Shown: one piece after another, positions 14,721 through 27,900 of the stretch | Layout of the letters: each line of letters begins with the position of its first letter | Numbering within the stretch: position 1 is the stretch's first letter | Source of the DNA: Harriotta raleighana | Taxonomy: Eukaryota | Direction of reading: 5' to 3' | Length of the DNA stretch: 64,000 bases | Assembly (NCBI GenBank): GCA_050575255.1 | Contig: JBNZDD010013726.1 | Location: 1,466,409 to 1,530,408, forward strand | Translations under genes and position numbers: made by a program | Notes under the pieces: generated by a model | Told to the model about the DNA's origin: nothing | The model's input: the letters and a program-made list of their open reading frames with translations, nothing else | The model's database searches: none

Positions 14721-17700
14721 GTCTACAGATTTCTAGTCTGTAGATTTTACTGCTGGAGTGAGCTGTGGCTTTATGCTAAATAGCACAGGTAGGTGAAATG
14801 TAAATGGATAGACAACCACTGGGGAAAATGATATCTGGCTACTGATGGAAGACATAAAGTCCCACTATGGTACAATCCCACCTCACAAAGGCTGAGTGCA
14901 ATCTCTGGCAGCCTAGATGGTAAGAGCCATATGCATACAGTGCTGCTCCTCATCATCAAGAACATAAGCACATAAAGTGCTAGATGAAAATAGACCAACG
15001 TTTATCCAGTTCGCTTTCCACCATCCGAGTAGTTGCATGACATGTCCCAAGCTATATATTGTATCCCGAGATATTATTTCTCAACAGAAATCTGTTTAAT
15101 TTCTTCTTGAAACCATTAATCCTTAGGAACATCTGCTCTTGATTTTAACTCACGGGCCTCTGTCAAGCAAACAGAAATAATTCCGTACACTAAAGCATTA
15201 CTCATTTGACTGTTGCTAGTTATCTTGAGGCTTGGCTACAGAAGAAAACAAGGAGCTCTTGCACACAGCTTCTGTCACAGGAAGCTTGCATGCTGGGCAA
15301 TAACTAACAACAGGAAAGTATCAGATTACTGATGCAATCGACAAGCAAATAAATAATCCAGTCGGCATTGTCCAGACCCCTAAAGTGCACCCACACAGAT
15401 GTTGTCTTGGGAGACTCCAATAGTCTGTATTGCGTTTATACTGCCTTAAACTTGCCTCTGCTTTTTGCTCTTTGTTACATGTTAGCACTGTTTCAACTCT
15501 GTACTAGCCAGTTGTCAGTTAGTACAGAGCATTATGGAGTTCTATTCCAGGTTTCCACTTATGAATTCCTCTCTTTTGTAGCTCTGGTCTCTATCCATGC
15601 ATTAAATGACCTGCTTCTTAAGCCTCATAATAGTGTAACTCTGAATTGATCGCCCGCAGGCACATAAGAGCAGTTTGGGGATAATTATTGTTTTCTTTCT
15701 TTCCCTCCCCATTTCTTTCTCTCTCTCTCTCTCCCTCTCTGTCATGGAAACAAGCCTGACTTCAGTTTGACACTCCCACTGCAAAGCTGTTGCTTTTCTC
15801 CTTCCACGTGCAAACTCTTTCAAGCCTTTACATTTGCAGTATCAGAGACCCAGCAGGCAGTATCTTCACAGGCCTCAGAGTCGAGAGAGAGAGAGACCTT
15901 GAGATAAGCCAATTGCAAGGACTCTTGGTGAGAGAGGGATCCATATGTACTCCTCCACCCCATGGGGAAGCAAACAAGCTCTGCTTGGCATTGCCCTGGA
16001 CACAAGACCAGATGCTCACTGTGAGGAGTGGGAACTCTGCCACTGAGGTCACAGTGTGCCAGCACCACTCCCAACAATACACTACATAGCCCCCAAAGAA
16101 CACATTTTAAATGTCAGCGTTCAAACTACTCTAGGTCTTTTTGGAACAAATGAAAATTGCAAGATGATGTTTGTTTTTGAAGCTTGCTTAACCCATAAAA
16201 AGTTGAAAGAGTTTAAGGCGTGGCGAGGCTGGGATGTAATAATCCGTATTTCTGCGGTGAAAGACTGAATTCTTTGGCACCCCCAGCTCTTTAGGCCTGC
16301 ATTCTGCAGTAAAAGAGAGCTGGTGTAATTGCCTGTGCCGCAGGTCAAACCTCTGACTAGAAACATGAGTAACCAATCACTGTGATGGTTACCATCTCAG
16401 GATTGGGCGGGAATACGTCCTTTGTTTTTTTAACTGCCGCACAAACCCCCCCGAATCCTTTGCTGCTCTTAATTTATATCCTGTGGGTTTCTTTCTTCCC
16501 ATTGGACATCTGAAAATAATAAACATTTGTAGAGGCTACTTCAATCTTTTTACTACATATGAAGAAACAGTGGGCAGGCGGATTTTTTTTGGGTTTAAAA
16601 CATTTTGAGCATTGTACAAATCATGTGTTGAGATTACTGTATGCTTATTTGTGATCCGTGTGTTCCTTGTGGAGCGCGTGAAAGTGAAAGACCTAGAAGT
16701 TCAGCGCTGGCTGGTGTATTATCGTGCCATTGTGCACAAGTACGTAAAAAGAACAGTATTTCTGAAGGAAGTAAGATGTGGGAGCAGGGCATTGCAGGTG
16801 AGTGCTGTATTAGTGCATTGGCATGAGGAAGACGTAAGGCACAGTTTCACACTTGGATCTGTTGTGCAGGTTGAAGGGCCACTGTAAGCCATCTTTTCAA
16901 GAGGCTGGGAGAAAGAGGAAGTGGTGGACAGCACTGAATGGGCATCAAGACATTTCTGCAGGAGAGCTGGGGAAGCTGAGCACCTCAGGGCCAATCTCTC
17001 CATATCCAATTATTTGGAGGGACTTTGAGCAAGCTGAAGGAAGGGCTGGCAGTTTTATCTGTCATCTTTCCCAGATTATTTCACAGAGATACGTGACACA
17101 GAGAAACTGGGAGGGAAAAAATCCTCGGAGAACAAAGAGTAAAGCTGCCATAAAAGTGCAATCAGATTTTGGTATATATTCATAAAAAATATTCTTTTGG
17201 AGGAGAGGCATACTTATATATTGGTCTGAAGTGTCCTTTCAAACAGACTTTAGAGGCGAGGAATATTTTTTAGCTTGGGAATAATTTTAAGGTGGTTGAG
17301 TATAACTTGTGTTAATCGTGGCTTCGGGGATTTGCAGACCAGAGAAGACAAAAGTTTAGGATAGATTAAGAAAGAAGGCAATGAATATGGTTGGTGCCTG
17401 TGGCTGACCTGGCAGTGTGTGGGAATGCAGGGGTCACTGGGCGGTCAGCGTTTCCGAGGTGTCCGATCAGGTCGCTCCTGTGCACTGCGCCAGATAAAAG
17501 AAGGGCTATTTTATCACATTAGCTTTTCTTTGTTTTTCTTTCCCTTTTTAAAAAAAACAATGCAAGATGCATTATCTTCCAGGCTGATATTGTGTAAAGC
17601 TACTGCCAAGGACTCCCCAACAACCTTCTCACACTGTCACCGTTCATCACTAACAAATGTCACTCGCCTTTCATCTGTATGATTACAGGTTAGATGTACC

Positions 17701-18088
17701 CTAGGGGACTATTAATATGACTTAAACATCCACTTCAATGCGAGCTGGAGGCAGGGGGCTGAGGGCAAGAAGAAAACCTTGTGTTCTAAATGATCTGAGT
17801 GAGAATTAGACAGAAGGATAGCTCGTCTTTTGCAATACATTAGAGTCTGAGATGGATGAAAGTTTAGTGCAGCACAGGAAAAGGGTGGATCCCAATAAAT
17901 CTGAAACCTTTCTACTAAAGCTGTTAATACGTTCTTTCATCACAGTCATACTGTGCTTTAAAAGAGGCTTTTTAATTAAGATCTATCTTCCAACGTTTTA
18001 CTCACAGCGGAATATTAGATGTTCCAGACATTTAAAGATCTGGTGACCTGTAATTTGTCTGCTCCTCTTCCCTCTCTCCCCTCACTTA

Positions 18089-18090
<2 letters not shown>

Positions 18091-18186
<96 letters not shown>

Positions 18187-18777
18187 NNNNNNNNNNNNNN
18201 NNNNNNNNNNNNNNNNNNNNNNNNNNNNNNNNNNNNNNNNNNNNNNNNNNNNNNNNNNNNNNNNNNNNNNNNNNNNNNNNNNNNNNNNNNNNNNNNNNNN
18301 NNNNNNNNNNNNNNNNNNNNNNNNNNNNNNNNNNNNNNNNNNNNNNNNNNNNNNNNNNNNNNNNNNNNNNNNNNNNNNNNNNNNNNNNNNNNNNNNNNNN
18401 NNNNNNNNNNNNNNNNNNNNNNNNNNNNNNNNNNNNNNNNNNNNNNNNNNNNNNNNNNNNNNNNNNNNNNNNNNNNNNNNNNNNNNNNNNNNNNNNNNNN
18501 NNNNNNNNNNNNNNNNNNNNNNNNNNNNNNNNNNNNNNNNNNNNNNNNNNNNNNNNNNNNNNNNNNNNNNNNNNNNNNNNNNNNNNNNNNNNNNNNNNNN
18601 NNNNNNNNNNNNNNNNNNNNNNNNNNNNNNNNNNNNNNNNNNNNNNNNNNNNNNNNNNNNNNNNNNNNNNNNNNNNNNNNNNNNNNNNNNNNNNNNNNNN
18701 NNNNNNNNNNNNNNNNNNNNNNNNNNNNNNNNNNNNNNNNNNNNNNNNNNNNNNNNNNNNNNNCCCCCCCCCCCCCC
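18091..18777. other. Assembly gap (N 18187-18763) flanked by poly-C
   Basis: 96 C, then 577 N, then a C run. Confidence 0.98.
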
Positions 18778-19107
18778 CACCACCTCCTCCCCAACCCCAA
18801 CTACCCTTGATTTGCTTGTGTGTGTGACTGCCTATTACAGTATTTAAGGAAATACTTTGATGCTCTTCAAACATGTAGAAATGTTGAGGCCTGCACAAGG
18901 ACAGCTGTTTCTCGTCTCTTTTGTTTGTTGCTCATGCTCGAGCCCAATAAAATGGGATGTTCCTACAGCTTTAGCACGAAGGTTGCAGTACAACTATGTC
19001 GAATTTTACAGCACGGAAAGCATCCATTTGGCCTATCATGCCTGTGCTTTGCCCTTGATCCCATGCCACTATTCAAAAAAAAGGCAGTTTCTTCCAGTGT
19101 CCTTACC

Positions 19108-19995
19108 AACAATAACAATAATAATAATCCTTGCATTTGATACAGCGCTTTTCACGTCTTCTAGAAGTGCTTCACAGAATATGCTGCAAAGTGAATTGAC
19201 TATATTTGTGGGCAAAATGTGGCAGCCAATTGCGCACAGCAGTGTCCCACAAAGAGTCATGGATTGAAATAACCAATTTTATTATTGTTTTGTTTAGGGA
19301 TTTTTACAATGTAGGCAGTAACTGCCCCAGTAAGAACCTGTTTATCTGGCACCAACGGGACCTGGCCAATGCCGTTTAAACGACTTTTCGATTGAACGGT
19401 TTTTTAAAAATAAAAATTTTATTTAATGAAAAATTATTTTAACACATACCATCTTAATAATAGACTAAATAATAACATAATAACAATATTGTATGGGTAT
19501 TTTATTGTAAATGTTGTACACTGTACCATATAAATAATAGAGTAAATACAGTAATAACAGATACTGTAATAACAGAATATTGTATGGCTACTTTATTGTA
19601 AACATTGAACAATACTATATAAATAATAGACTAAATACACTAATAACGGATACTGTAATAACAGAATATTGTATTAGTACTTCATTATTTTTATTTAACT
19701 TCTGCAATGGCCGCCATGGGAGGAAAACAAAACGGCAGTAATGCGAATTTAGGCTGACTCGCGGCCAGCCGATATACCTGCATAGTACTCCCGTGCGACA
19801 ATCGATTCATTAAATGTGTCATCACTATTCTGCCGGATAACTTCTGGTTTATTGAATCGGGACTTTTTGGCTTTTACTGTATTAGGCATGTGGAGTAAGG
19901 AAACTTGCCCAAGGTTTTGCCCTGATCTGCCTGGATTTGAACACAGGTCTTGCGCTTGTAAGGCGAGTGCTCTAACCATTCAGCTATAGGACTCC
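19108..19995 (-). mobile_element. tRNA-derived SINE interrupted by a Tigger-like MITE
   Basis: Tail (AAT)n ccttgcatttgatacagcgc at 19108. The body resumes after the MITE at tattaggcatgtggagtaaggaaacttgcc. The tRNA-like head with A/B boxes ends at ggactcc 19995. Confidence 0.85.
19328..19879 (+). mobile_element. Tigger/pogo-like (Tc1/mariner superfamily) MITE, family A
   Basis: Left end cagtaagaacctgtttatctggc, right end cttttactg|ta; interior highly similar to 34364-34970, including 89-bp internal repeats. Confidence 0.85.
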
Positions 19996-20019
19996 ACATC
20001 CTATACAATTCCCCAAATC

Positions 20020-20200
20020 AAATTGGTCACTCACGCCATGGCTCTTTATGGGACACTGACTGCTGTGGCAAACTGGCTGCCACGTTTCACCCATTAAATT
20101 CGCAATCAATCCATTTTACAATGTATCCTGTGAAGTGCTTTGAGACAATAGACAATGTGATGAGACGCTATATCAAATGAAAGGAGTATTATTATTATTA
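20020..20200 (+). mobile_element. SINE 3' half, head-to-head with the 19108-19995 copy
   Basis: tgggacact..gctgtggcaaactggctgccacgtttcaccca...gctatatcaaatgaaaggagtattattattatt. Confidence 0.75.
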
Positions 20201-21479
20201 ATAGGGACTGGTCATTGGTAAAGACTTTGACACAGTTGTCACAATTGACTGGGGTGACTTTTCAAAACTATAGTTTTTGAGCAATATGATGTGGTGCTGC
20301 ACGTTCATCTCATAATATAATCCCTCTTGTGTATCAGGGTCACACAGGATTAGGTTTGGGTGTAAGCATTACCTGGTCACACAGCCTGCTCTGGGGTCAC
20401 CACTGTCTGGGGTCATGGATTGAAAAGCATTACTGGGTCTATGTGTTAAAGTGACTGCCAGTCAGTGAATGTGGAACAACATGTGTCAATATAACTAACT
20501 TCCTTCAGGAAAGGAGAAAGCTGGAGGAGCTAAATACTGAATTATACTTCCATCTCACTGCAACCTTACAAGAAGTATTCACATTACAAATCTGATTAAG
20601 AGATCCACAGAAGTGCCAGTGAGTGTTCAAAGTTAGCCTGTGGGACAGCCTGGCTTCTGGAATATAAGCTTAAGAATCAAACTACCTTCCTGTGTCTATC
20701 AGCAGATGAGAGAAAGACCAACCTGAGTAATACACATAAGGTTCTGTACATGGTGTGGCTCTACGCAAAGCAGTATTTGCTGATTAATTGCCTCATACAA
20801 ACCTTTATTAAAATATACTGAGTGATCCAGGCTCATGCAGTAGCTAATCATATTTACCCTAAAAGTTTTGACAAAATATGCAAAGTGAGCAACTGCACAA
20901 AGGTTGCAGGGATATTGAAATTCAAATGAAGTTGTCATGACTGCGTATTTAATTAAAGAGTCTCAGCTGCTGCTACGTGTTAACCTGTTGGACGCTGCTG
21001 CCATTATCTGTCTCCAGTAGGAGCAGTGTGAAGTCTTGCTATTTCCTCAGTAAAGGGTTAATAATTTAGTTCTACAAAGGCTATTGATTTAATAATGATT
21101 TTGCAGAAGAGAGCAATAATGGACTAAAGCTCTTAATTACCAACCACAATAATCCTCTTCTAATCTTTTAATTAATATTTTATTAATTGGTAAACATTAT
21201 CTTCTCACGGTGTTTCCAAATGACATTTTTTCAATATTTGTTCTACTTTTCATTTTTGTTGTTGTCTGAGACATTGAAATTTGCTTATTATTACACAGAA
21301 ATCGATTGTACACATTTCTTGATGGATTTTTTTTTCTCACTTTCTTTTGTACTGATAACTAACACAGTTTATGAACTGGGCTGTTATGATCAATTCAGAA
21401 AAAAATAATATTGTGAAGTATCTAGAATAAATGCCAAGAGTGAATTTTTTTAAGGCCATTTAAGTTAAATCATCTGTCC

Positions 21480-21546
21480 AGCGCCTTGGGACGTCCTCCT
21501 GACGTGAAACGCGCTCTATAAATGTAATTTTGTTGTTGTTGTTGTT
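21480..21546 (+). mobile_element. Tail-only L2-type retro-insert (hairpin + (TTG)n)
   Basis: agcgccttgggacgtcctcctgacgtgaaacgcgctctataaatgtaatttt(gtt)n. Confidence 0.88.
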
Positions 21547-24159
21547 AACAAAACTGAAGGTGGTTAAGTACACCAGTAAAACGCACGGAACAGTTCTTGC
21601 TCTTCTCCCATTGCTGGAGATTGGCAATATTGACAAGCTGTGCTGATGTGTTCATATACCCCTGTAACCAAAACTGTAGCAAATAATTCTTAAATATTTA
21701 AATGAAATCAAGCGATATATGCCGAGACCATAAACTGATAGAAATGAGAACACATTGCCATTGTGGCCTGTAAGCTTGCTTCCTTATTCCGAATCCTCCC
21801 TGATCTTTTCCATCTCCCTTTTGCCATGGCAGCTTGACTGGATCACATTGCTTACTGTTGAGTCAGGAATCAGCTCCCATTTCTTACACAAATAATTCCA
21901 GATTCACTACGCTCCAACTCGGGTGTGAAGACGTTGCTTATTAAAAGTTGCTTTCAACTTGTTGTTTCATGACCCTGGTTCATAAGGGTCCAATTTGTGG
22001 CTTGTATAACATATTTGAACATACTTGTGCATCAGGGAATTGCAGGTGCTTCAGTAATCCTTTTCATTGCTTGTTCATTTGAAAAATGGAAGAACTTGCA
22101 TTTTTTATAGCACCTTATTATCATAGCATTCTGTCAATGGAATACTAAGTGTTGCTCAGGCATCCTGTTGTCATGTTCTGGCATCATATCACAATCACTA
22201 AGCATGTCACTCTCTACTTTCCTAATATTTGCTGCAACAGCACCTGAGTTCATTCAAACAGTTTAGCCTTGTGATATATTGTGCAGTTTTCATGACTCCT
22301 TTCTGCATACGTCCCCACTCCCGTGGAACACTAGGTGTCTCCAAGATTCTCCACACAAAAGTTGGCTGGTAGTGAGTAGAGTCCAGACAGACAACTGCCC
22401 AGAAGCAGAGAGGAAACACTCTCTCCATCACCCAGGCCTCTGTTCTGTCCAGAGGCGAATAGTTAAGGAGGACAATTTTCTCATCTGAAAGGTGCAAACA
22501 ACAAATATTGCTAAATGGAGAGAGAAAAATGTAGAATTTATTTTGTAAAAGTAAGCCCACTCCTATCAGATACAGTTTGCTTTGATCCACTCTTCGTGTG
22601 GAGCTACTGGTTGAATGAGAGGCTGGTCTGTTGAATATTAAGTTGCAAAGAGAGTTTTGAGTGATGAATTTCATTCTTACCAGTGTGTTTATATTCAGCT
22701 CTTTAGTATTATTTATATTGCTTGTAAATGTTGATTGCAGTTTTGGAGATGTGCTGAAATTGTTTATGAAATGTAAGGCGGGGGATAAATTATTGAAAAA
22801 ATGAAGGCAAATTTTGGTTCATTTAGAAGTGCAGATGCCTTATGCATTTAAGTTTTGCATTTAATCTGCTTGGGTCTAACAGCCTGATAGAGTACATTTA
22901 AAAATGAACACTTTCTCATCAGCAAACAGCAGCACAACAAATCTGTTTTATTAAACGCTCTGCAAAACCTGGCGCAACCCAACGCAGTGCAGTTGTAAAT
23001 ACAGGGCACAGCAGCAGAACAATACCACTGTTGGGATCAATGGAACTGTTAAGTGGTGAGTGGAACTGTGGATTAGAACATTTTCATTTCCACCTTCGAG
23101 ACGCCTCTCTTGTCAGCTTTAGAGGTTGTAAATGAAATGAAATTAAAGGCAGCCTCAGCCCAATTCTCGTGGGCATCAATTCACCTTGCGAAACGGCTTA
23201 GTTAGCTGGACAAAAAAATGGATCTTAAAGAAGGGCTTTAATGGAGGGAACGAACTCGACAGAGGTAGGCGGTGAGCTTGGGAAAGGGGTGGGGGTGAGA
23301 TGGGGAAGGGAGCAAAATGTTGGTGAAATAAAAAAATGACCAGCAACGTAGTCAGATTCAAAAATGTGAGGTTCAAGCTTAGTTTTCAATTACACTTTCA
23401 TAGTTCCTTAAAGTACTGCGATTTTAAATATGGTAAGAGTTGAATCTCCCTTAATAGATACCTCAGCAGCCAACCCTACTTTCCACATTTAGTTTGTTCC
23501 TCTCCTTTGAATGACCAGCTCACTAATAAGGATGCCTTACTGCTGATGGCAAAACAAGCAAATCTTTTGACAGCCCTTTGGTTGCTCTGATTTGGTGCTG
23601 AGCTGCCTGCCTCCCGGTCAGGTGGACCAACCGACTGACATTGTGGAGCAAATAACCTGTTGCTTCTTGTCTCAAATTAAGTGAAATAGATACAGGTCAG
23701 ACAGCAAGTTGGCTGCACTTTGTACAGCTGTCCGTAGTAAAACAGCAGAAAACCAGAAAGATTATGATCCTTTGTCCATATTTTTATTTGTTCGATCAAT
23801 TTTCTCATTTTTATTTGGTCGATCAAAGTTTTAATCATTTCCCTCCCTCCACCTCCAATGGTGCCAACTGAGAACGATAGCTCTTTTCGGAGAAGAAAAT
23901 AATTTGGCCCAAAAGAAACAGTACTAATAGTAGCTTAGAAAGGCATCAATACACGGGTCAGAGATGTCTTACAGGTGTGGTTGTTTTGATACTAACAAGA
24001 CCATCAGTGAGCATGGAATTGTATAGACTTAGAATAAAAGTTGCATGCCATGTCCAATGACGAAACAAGCCACGTCACGTTGCAACTTAATTATTAATGA
24101 TATTTCACAACCAGATCCAATGCCTGTAGTGCTAACTCTGGGTCTGAATATAAATGGGA

Positions 24160-24910
24160 TATTATAATAATTAGCTTTGCATTTGATTATAGCACCATTT
24201 ATCAGGTGTACATTTTAAAACACTTCACAGAATTTACTGTATATAGTGTGTAGTGACTGCACAGTACCCCCTGTTTTACCAGATTCTGGATATCTGGGAT
24301 TTGACCCTAGCTGGACTGAGCTTAAAACTGAAAACTTTTTTAATTTCCAAGGGTTCAACATGTTTGTAGCTTCCCGAATCCTAACTCCTGGTGGCCACCA
24401 ATGCCACACCAAGCAGCCCTCATTGTCCTTGCTGGCCTCAGCGTGACCAGGGATATCAACTTTGATTCAGAATGTTTGAATCTCATGAGCAGAAATGAGT
24501 TTATTTGCTATCTTCTCCTGGCGGAAATCAATCAATTACTATGTCTGCACCGGCATTTACTGGACTTTTACTTGGAAAAGTGCATCAGTCTTGCATTGTA
24601 ATTACCACTGAGCTGAGAATTCTGGTTCGTTCGACCGGATTTCCTCCCCATCAGTCTGGCTCGTGGTGGGAGGGAGTGGGGGGGGGGGTCACGCCTATTT
24701 GTGGATGAATGTGGCAGCCAAGTTGGTCACAACCATATCTCACAAACAGCTATCATTTCACTTGGAGGATTGTTGGCCAGGACTCCAGGAGAATCTCATT
24801 TCTCTGAATAAATATTATGAATAATGTCATAGGATCTTTGCTACACACCTGAACAGACAGACGGCCTGGTTTAACATTTCATCCAAAGCACGGCATCTCC
24901 TCTCAATGCA
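24160..24910 (-). mobile_element. Deu-domain SINE split by a ~430-bp insertion (24262-24694) with a Tigger-like CAGT end
   Basis: The tail ends at agtgactgca and resumes at tatttgtggatgaatgtggcagcc. The Deu core ttggccaggac...cacctgaacagacagacggcctggtttaacatttcatcc follows. The insert starts cagtaccccc and ends in a G run. Confidence 0.6.
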
Positions 24911-27900
24911 GGGTTCCCATATAATACTTTGTTTTTGTCCTGCATTTATAATGAGACAATTGGGCTTTTTGGGTGTAGTGTGCACAGCATCACTTATACA
25001 CTTGTGGTATGCCTCAGAGGCTGGTGATTTTGGCCCTTACATAGAATGCCGAGATTAGAGCAATATGAGAGGGATCTGTGGCCTTTATTTTGTGTATCTT
25101 TTCTCAACCATTGCCATTCTTTGTGACCTGCTTCACCTCCTTTCCTTAAGTCCAAACTGGCTCCTTGTCTATAAAGCAAGGTACATGACATTTCTCGTTC
25201 AGATTAAAAGCTTTTGGCAATTGAAAAGTTAATACAAGTGAAGATTTAAAAAGTATTTTTCAAAATAAAATTCTGTTGCTCTTCTGTGTGTTGTAGCCAT
25301 GTATGTATGTGTGTGTTTGTATGCATCAATAAATATTATGATGTTGTTTACCAGAACAAAAGTATCCCAGTACATACTTACATAACCCATACAGAAATGA
25401 AAACATCTTTAATGTAAATATAGGGTATACAGTGCAATTTTCCTTAAAAACGAAACCTGTTAAAGTTTCCTCTAACTACTGCAGTGCTACTTCAGAAATA
25501 GATTGGGTTGTAAAGGTGTTCTGTAGATTTACATGATGTACTTCCACTTACTGGAATTCCAATTTGCGTGACTTTAAGAAATACCACAAGTTAGATCCCT
25601 ATATTTCTTCATGCAGGAATGCAATTTATTGTTGCAGGCCATCCAAAGTACACCATAAAAATTGCACAGAGGTAGAGCATTGAATTCCAGAAATCTGGCT
25701 GACCATATTCAGAAATTATTAAATCCTAAACCTAACAACAAGTTTCCTTCAGCCTGGGCTACATTTTCCCCCTCTCGAGTAGAATCGAAAGCAAAGCTCC
25801 ATGTAACCTAAATGGGTTCTTGGACAGTTAAAGTGCATCTCTGCCCCGTAATATCAGATTTGTTTTAATGATTGTAGATTAAATTTGGAAGGTTCTTACT
25901 GTAATTTGCAAAACCTGGGTAGCAATTGTGTGAAATTTGTACCAATTAACAAAAGGAAAAGCAGTCTGTTTCTTGGCTTGCCTCATGTGATGCTGTGTGT
26001 CCTTTGAGCTAGAAACAGCCAGGAGGAATACAAGGCACTTCTTAATTGGAACACATGGCTGAAAGTGAATGCTTTCTTACTAATGATACAAAGTTGGAAT
26101 GTGACTCGATTCTTTCAAGGCGTGCTTGAATTCACTGTATCCCTGGAATAACTACTTTGGTTTGGCAGCTTTTTTTGCGTGCTCTGGCAGTAAGAAAATC
26201 AAATGTTTGAGAGTTCAAGCGCCCTATATAAACTGAATCTTGATGCGATTATTGCCTCAGTTCAGCTGTGTACTGAAGGACATTCAATTTTATTATAAAT
26301 ATAGTCTGGACATAAACAGCGTCGAGGCAGACAGAGCGGTTCCGTGGTACAATCTAATTTTATTCAGCTTGCTATGTAAACAACGGTCTCATTTTACAGC
26401 CACAGCACTGGGTGTACGAGAAATCTATGGAAATTTTAGATAAATAGGAATGATTTAAAGCAACCAATCAGATGTTTTTAAATGAGAAAAAATATACACT
26501 TGCTTTGCTGTGTCAATCTCTTGGCTACATTCCATACAATTGCGTATGATGTGTTGTGTTTCAACTATTCCGCCAAGATTGACGGTTGTGACATTTCTCG
26601 AGTTTCATCACAGAGTGAAGTCCTTTAGTGTCTCAGGATTTTGCACTGCATTCATTCATCTCACCCATTTGCTTTTGCATTGACATACTTTTAATCAAGT
26701 GATTGTCAATGCAGACGTTTGGTAACAGGTTCTGTGGTTTGCTGTCCAAGATGCAACCAATATATTGTCCTTTCACCTCAGAAAACTATTCAATCCCAAA
26801 CTATTATTCATGAGAAGAAAGTCATGGCTTTCCACCAGGTAGAACCACAGATATTATCACCATCAATTCCAAGAGGGTTCAAGTCACAGCACAGATGACA
26901 ATGCAGATCTTCCCATAAATTTGCACTAAATAAGAGTCTCACTCGAGAGATCACAATGTTATGTGATGTGGCAAATGGCAGTGTCATGGTGCAGTAAGGA
27001 TTCTGTCATTGGAATTGAAGCACTGGAGAATGCTTGGAAGTTAACACTTAATGAAAAAAGGGCAACATACTCCATTCTCGGCACTGATATTCTTCAATGT
27101 AACCAACCGAAAATTTTACTGTTTGCTTTTAGTTCGCTTTTTGTTCCAAGTATGATTGAATAAGCTTTCACACAATCGATGACTCTTAATGTCTACTGGG
27201 TATATTTCTATTCCCCCCACCCCCTATACCTTCCCTACAATGTAACTAAAGTNATGTAACCAACCCAAAATTTTACTGTTTGCTTTTAGTTCGCTTTTTG
27301 TTCCAAGTATGATTGAATAAGCTTTCACACAATCGATGACTCTTAATGTCTACTGGGTGTATTTCTATTCCCCCCACCCCCTATACCTTCCCTACAATGT
27401 AACTAAAGTGCTAGTACGCATTCAACCCTATTGTGCTGCAGCTAATACCCAGAGTCTAGGAAAAACCCAAAACCCACTTGCAGAAGATCACAGTGTGCAT
27501 AATTATTACCAGTCAGCCTCAGTTTTCCTGCGGTACAGCTCTTGAGGCCTTTTTTAAAATAAAAAATGTTTGAAAATAAATACTTGCATTATTTGCAGAG
27601 AGTATTTATGTGTGTGGGTGAGTTCTGCATGGGGATGGGAAACCCACCTTTACAAACAGACCTCCCTGGGTCCTANTTTGAAAATAAATACTTGCATTAT
27701 TTGCAAGTATGTATGTGTGTGGGTGAGTTATGCATGGGGATGGGAAACCCACCTTTACAAACAGACCTCCCTGGGTCCTAAGACACAATGAGCTAATGTT
27801 CTGAGTAAGTATCTAATTGCTCAATGTTTGGAGCTGAACTTTGTGAAAGTAAAACTGATCCCACTGAAGTGTTCTTTAGGCAGGTTCATGCAGTTGATAT

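Noticed and set aside
18015-18898. 230-270 aa poly-Pro/poly-Gly/X ORFs
   Set aside because: They are produced by a poly-C run and an N gap, not real coding sequence; the poly-C length itself is unreliable.
27097-27780. Apparent tandem duplications or CRISPR-like repeats
   Set aside because: Each pair is separated by a single N and has no spacer structure; this is vertebrate DNA with no cas genes.
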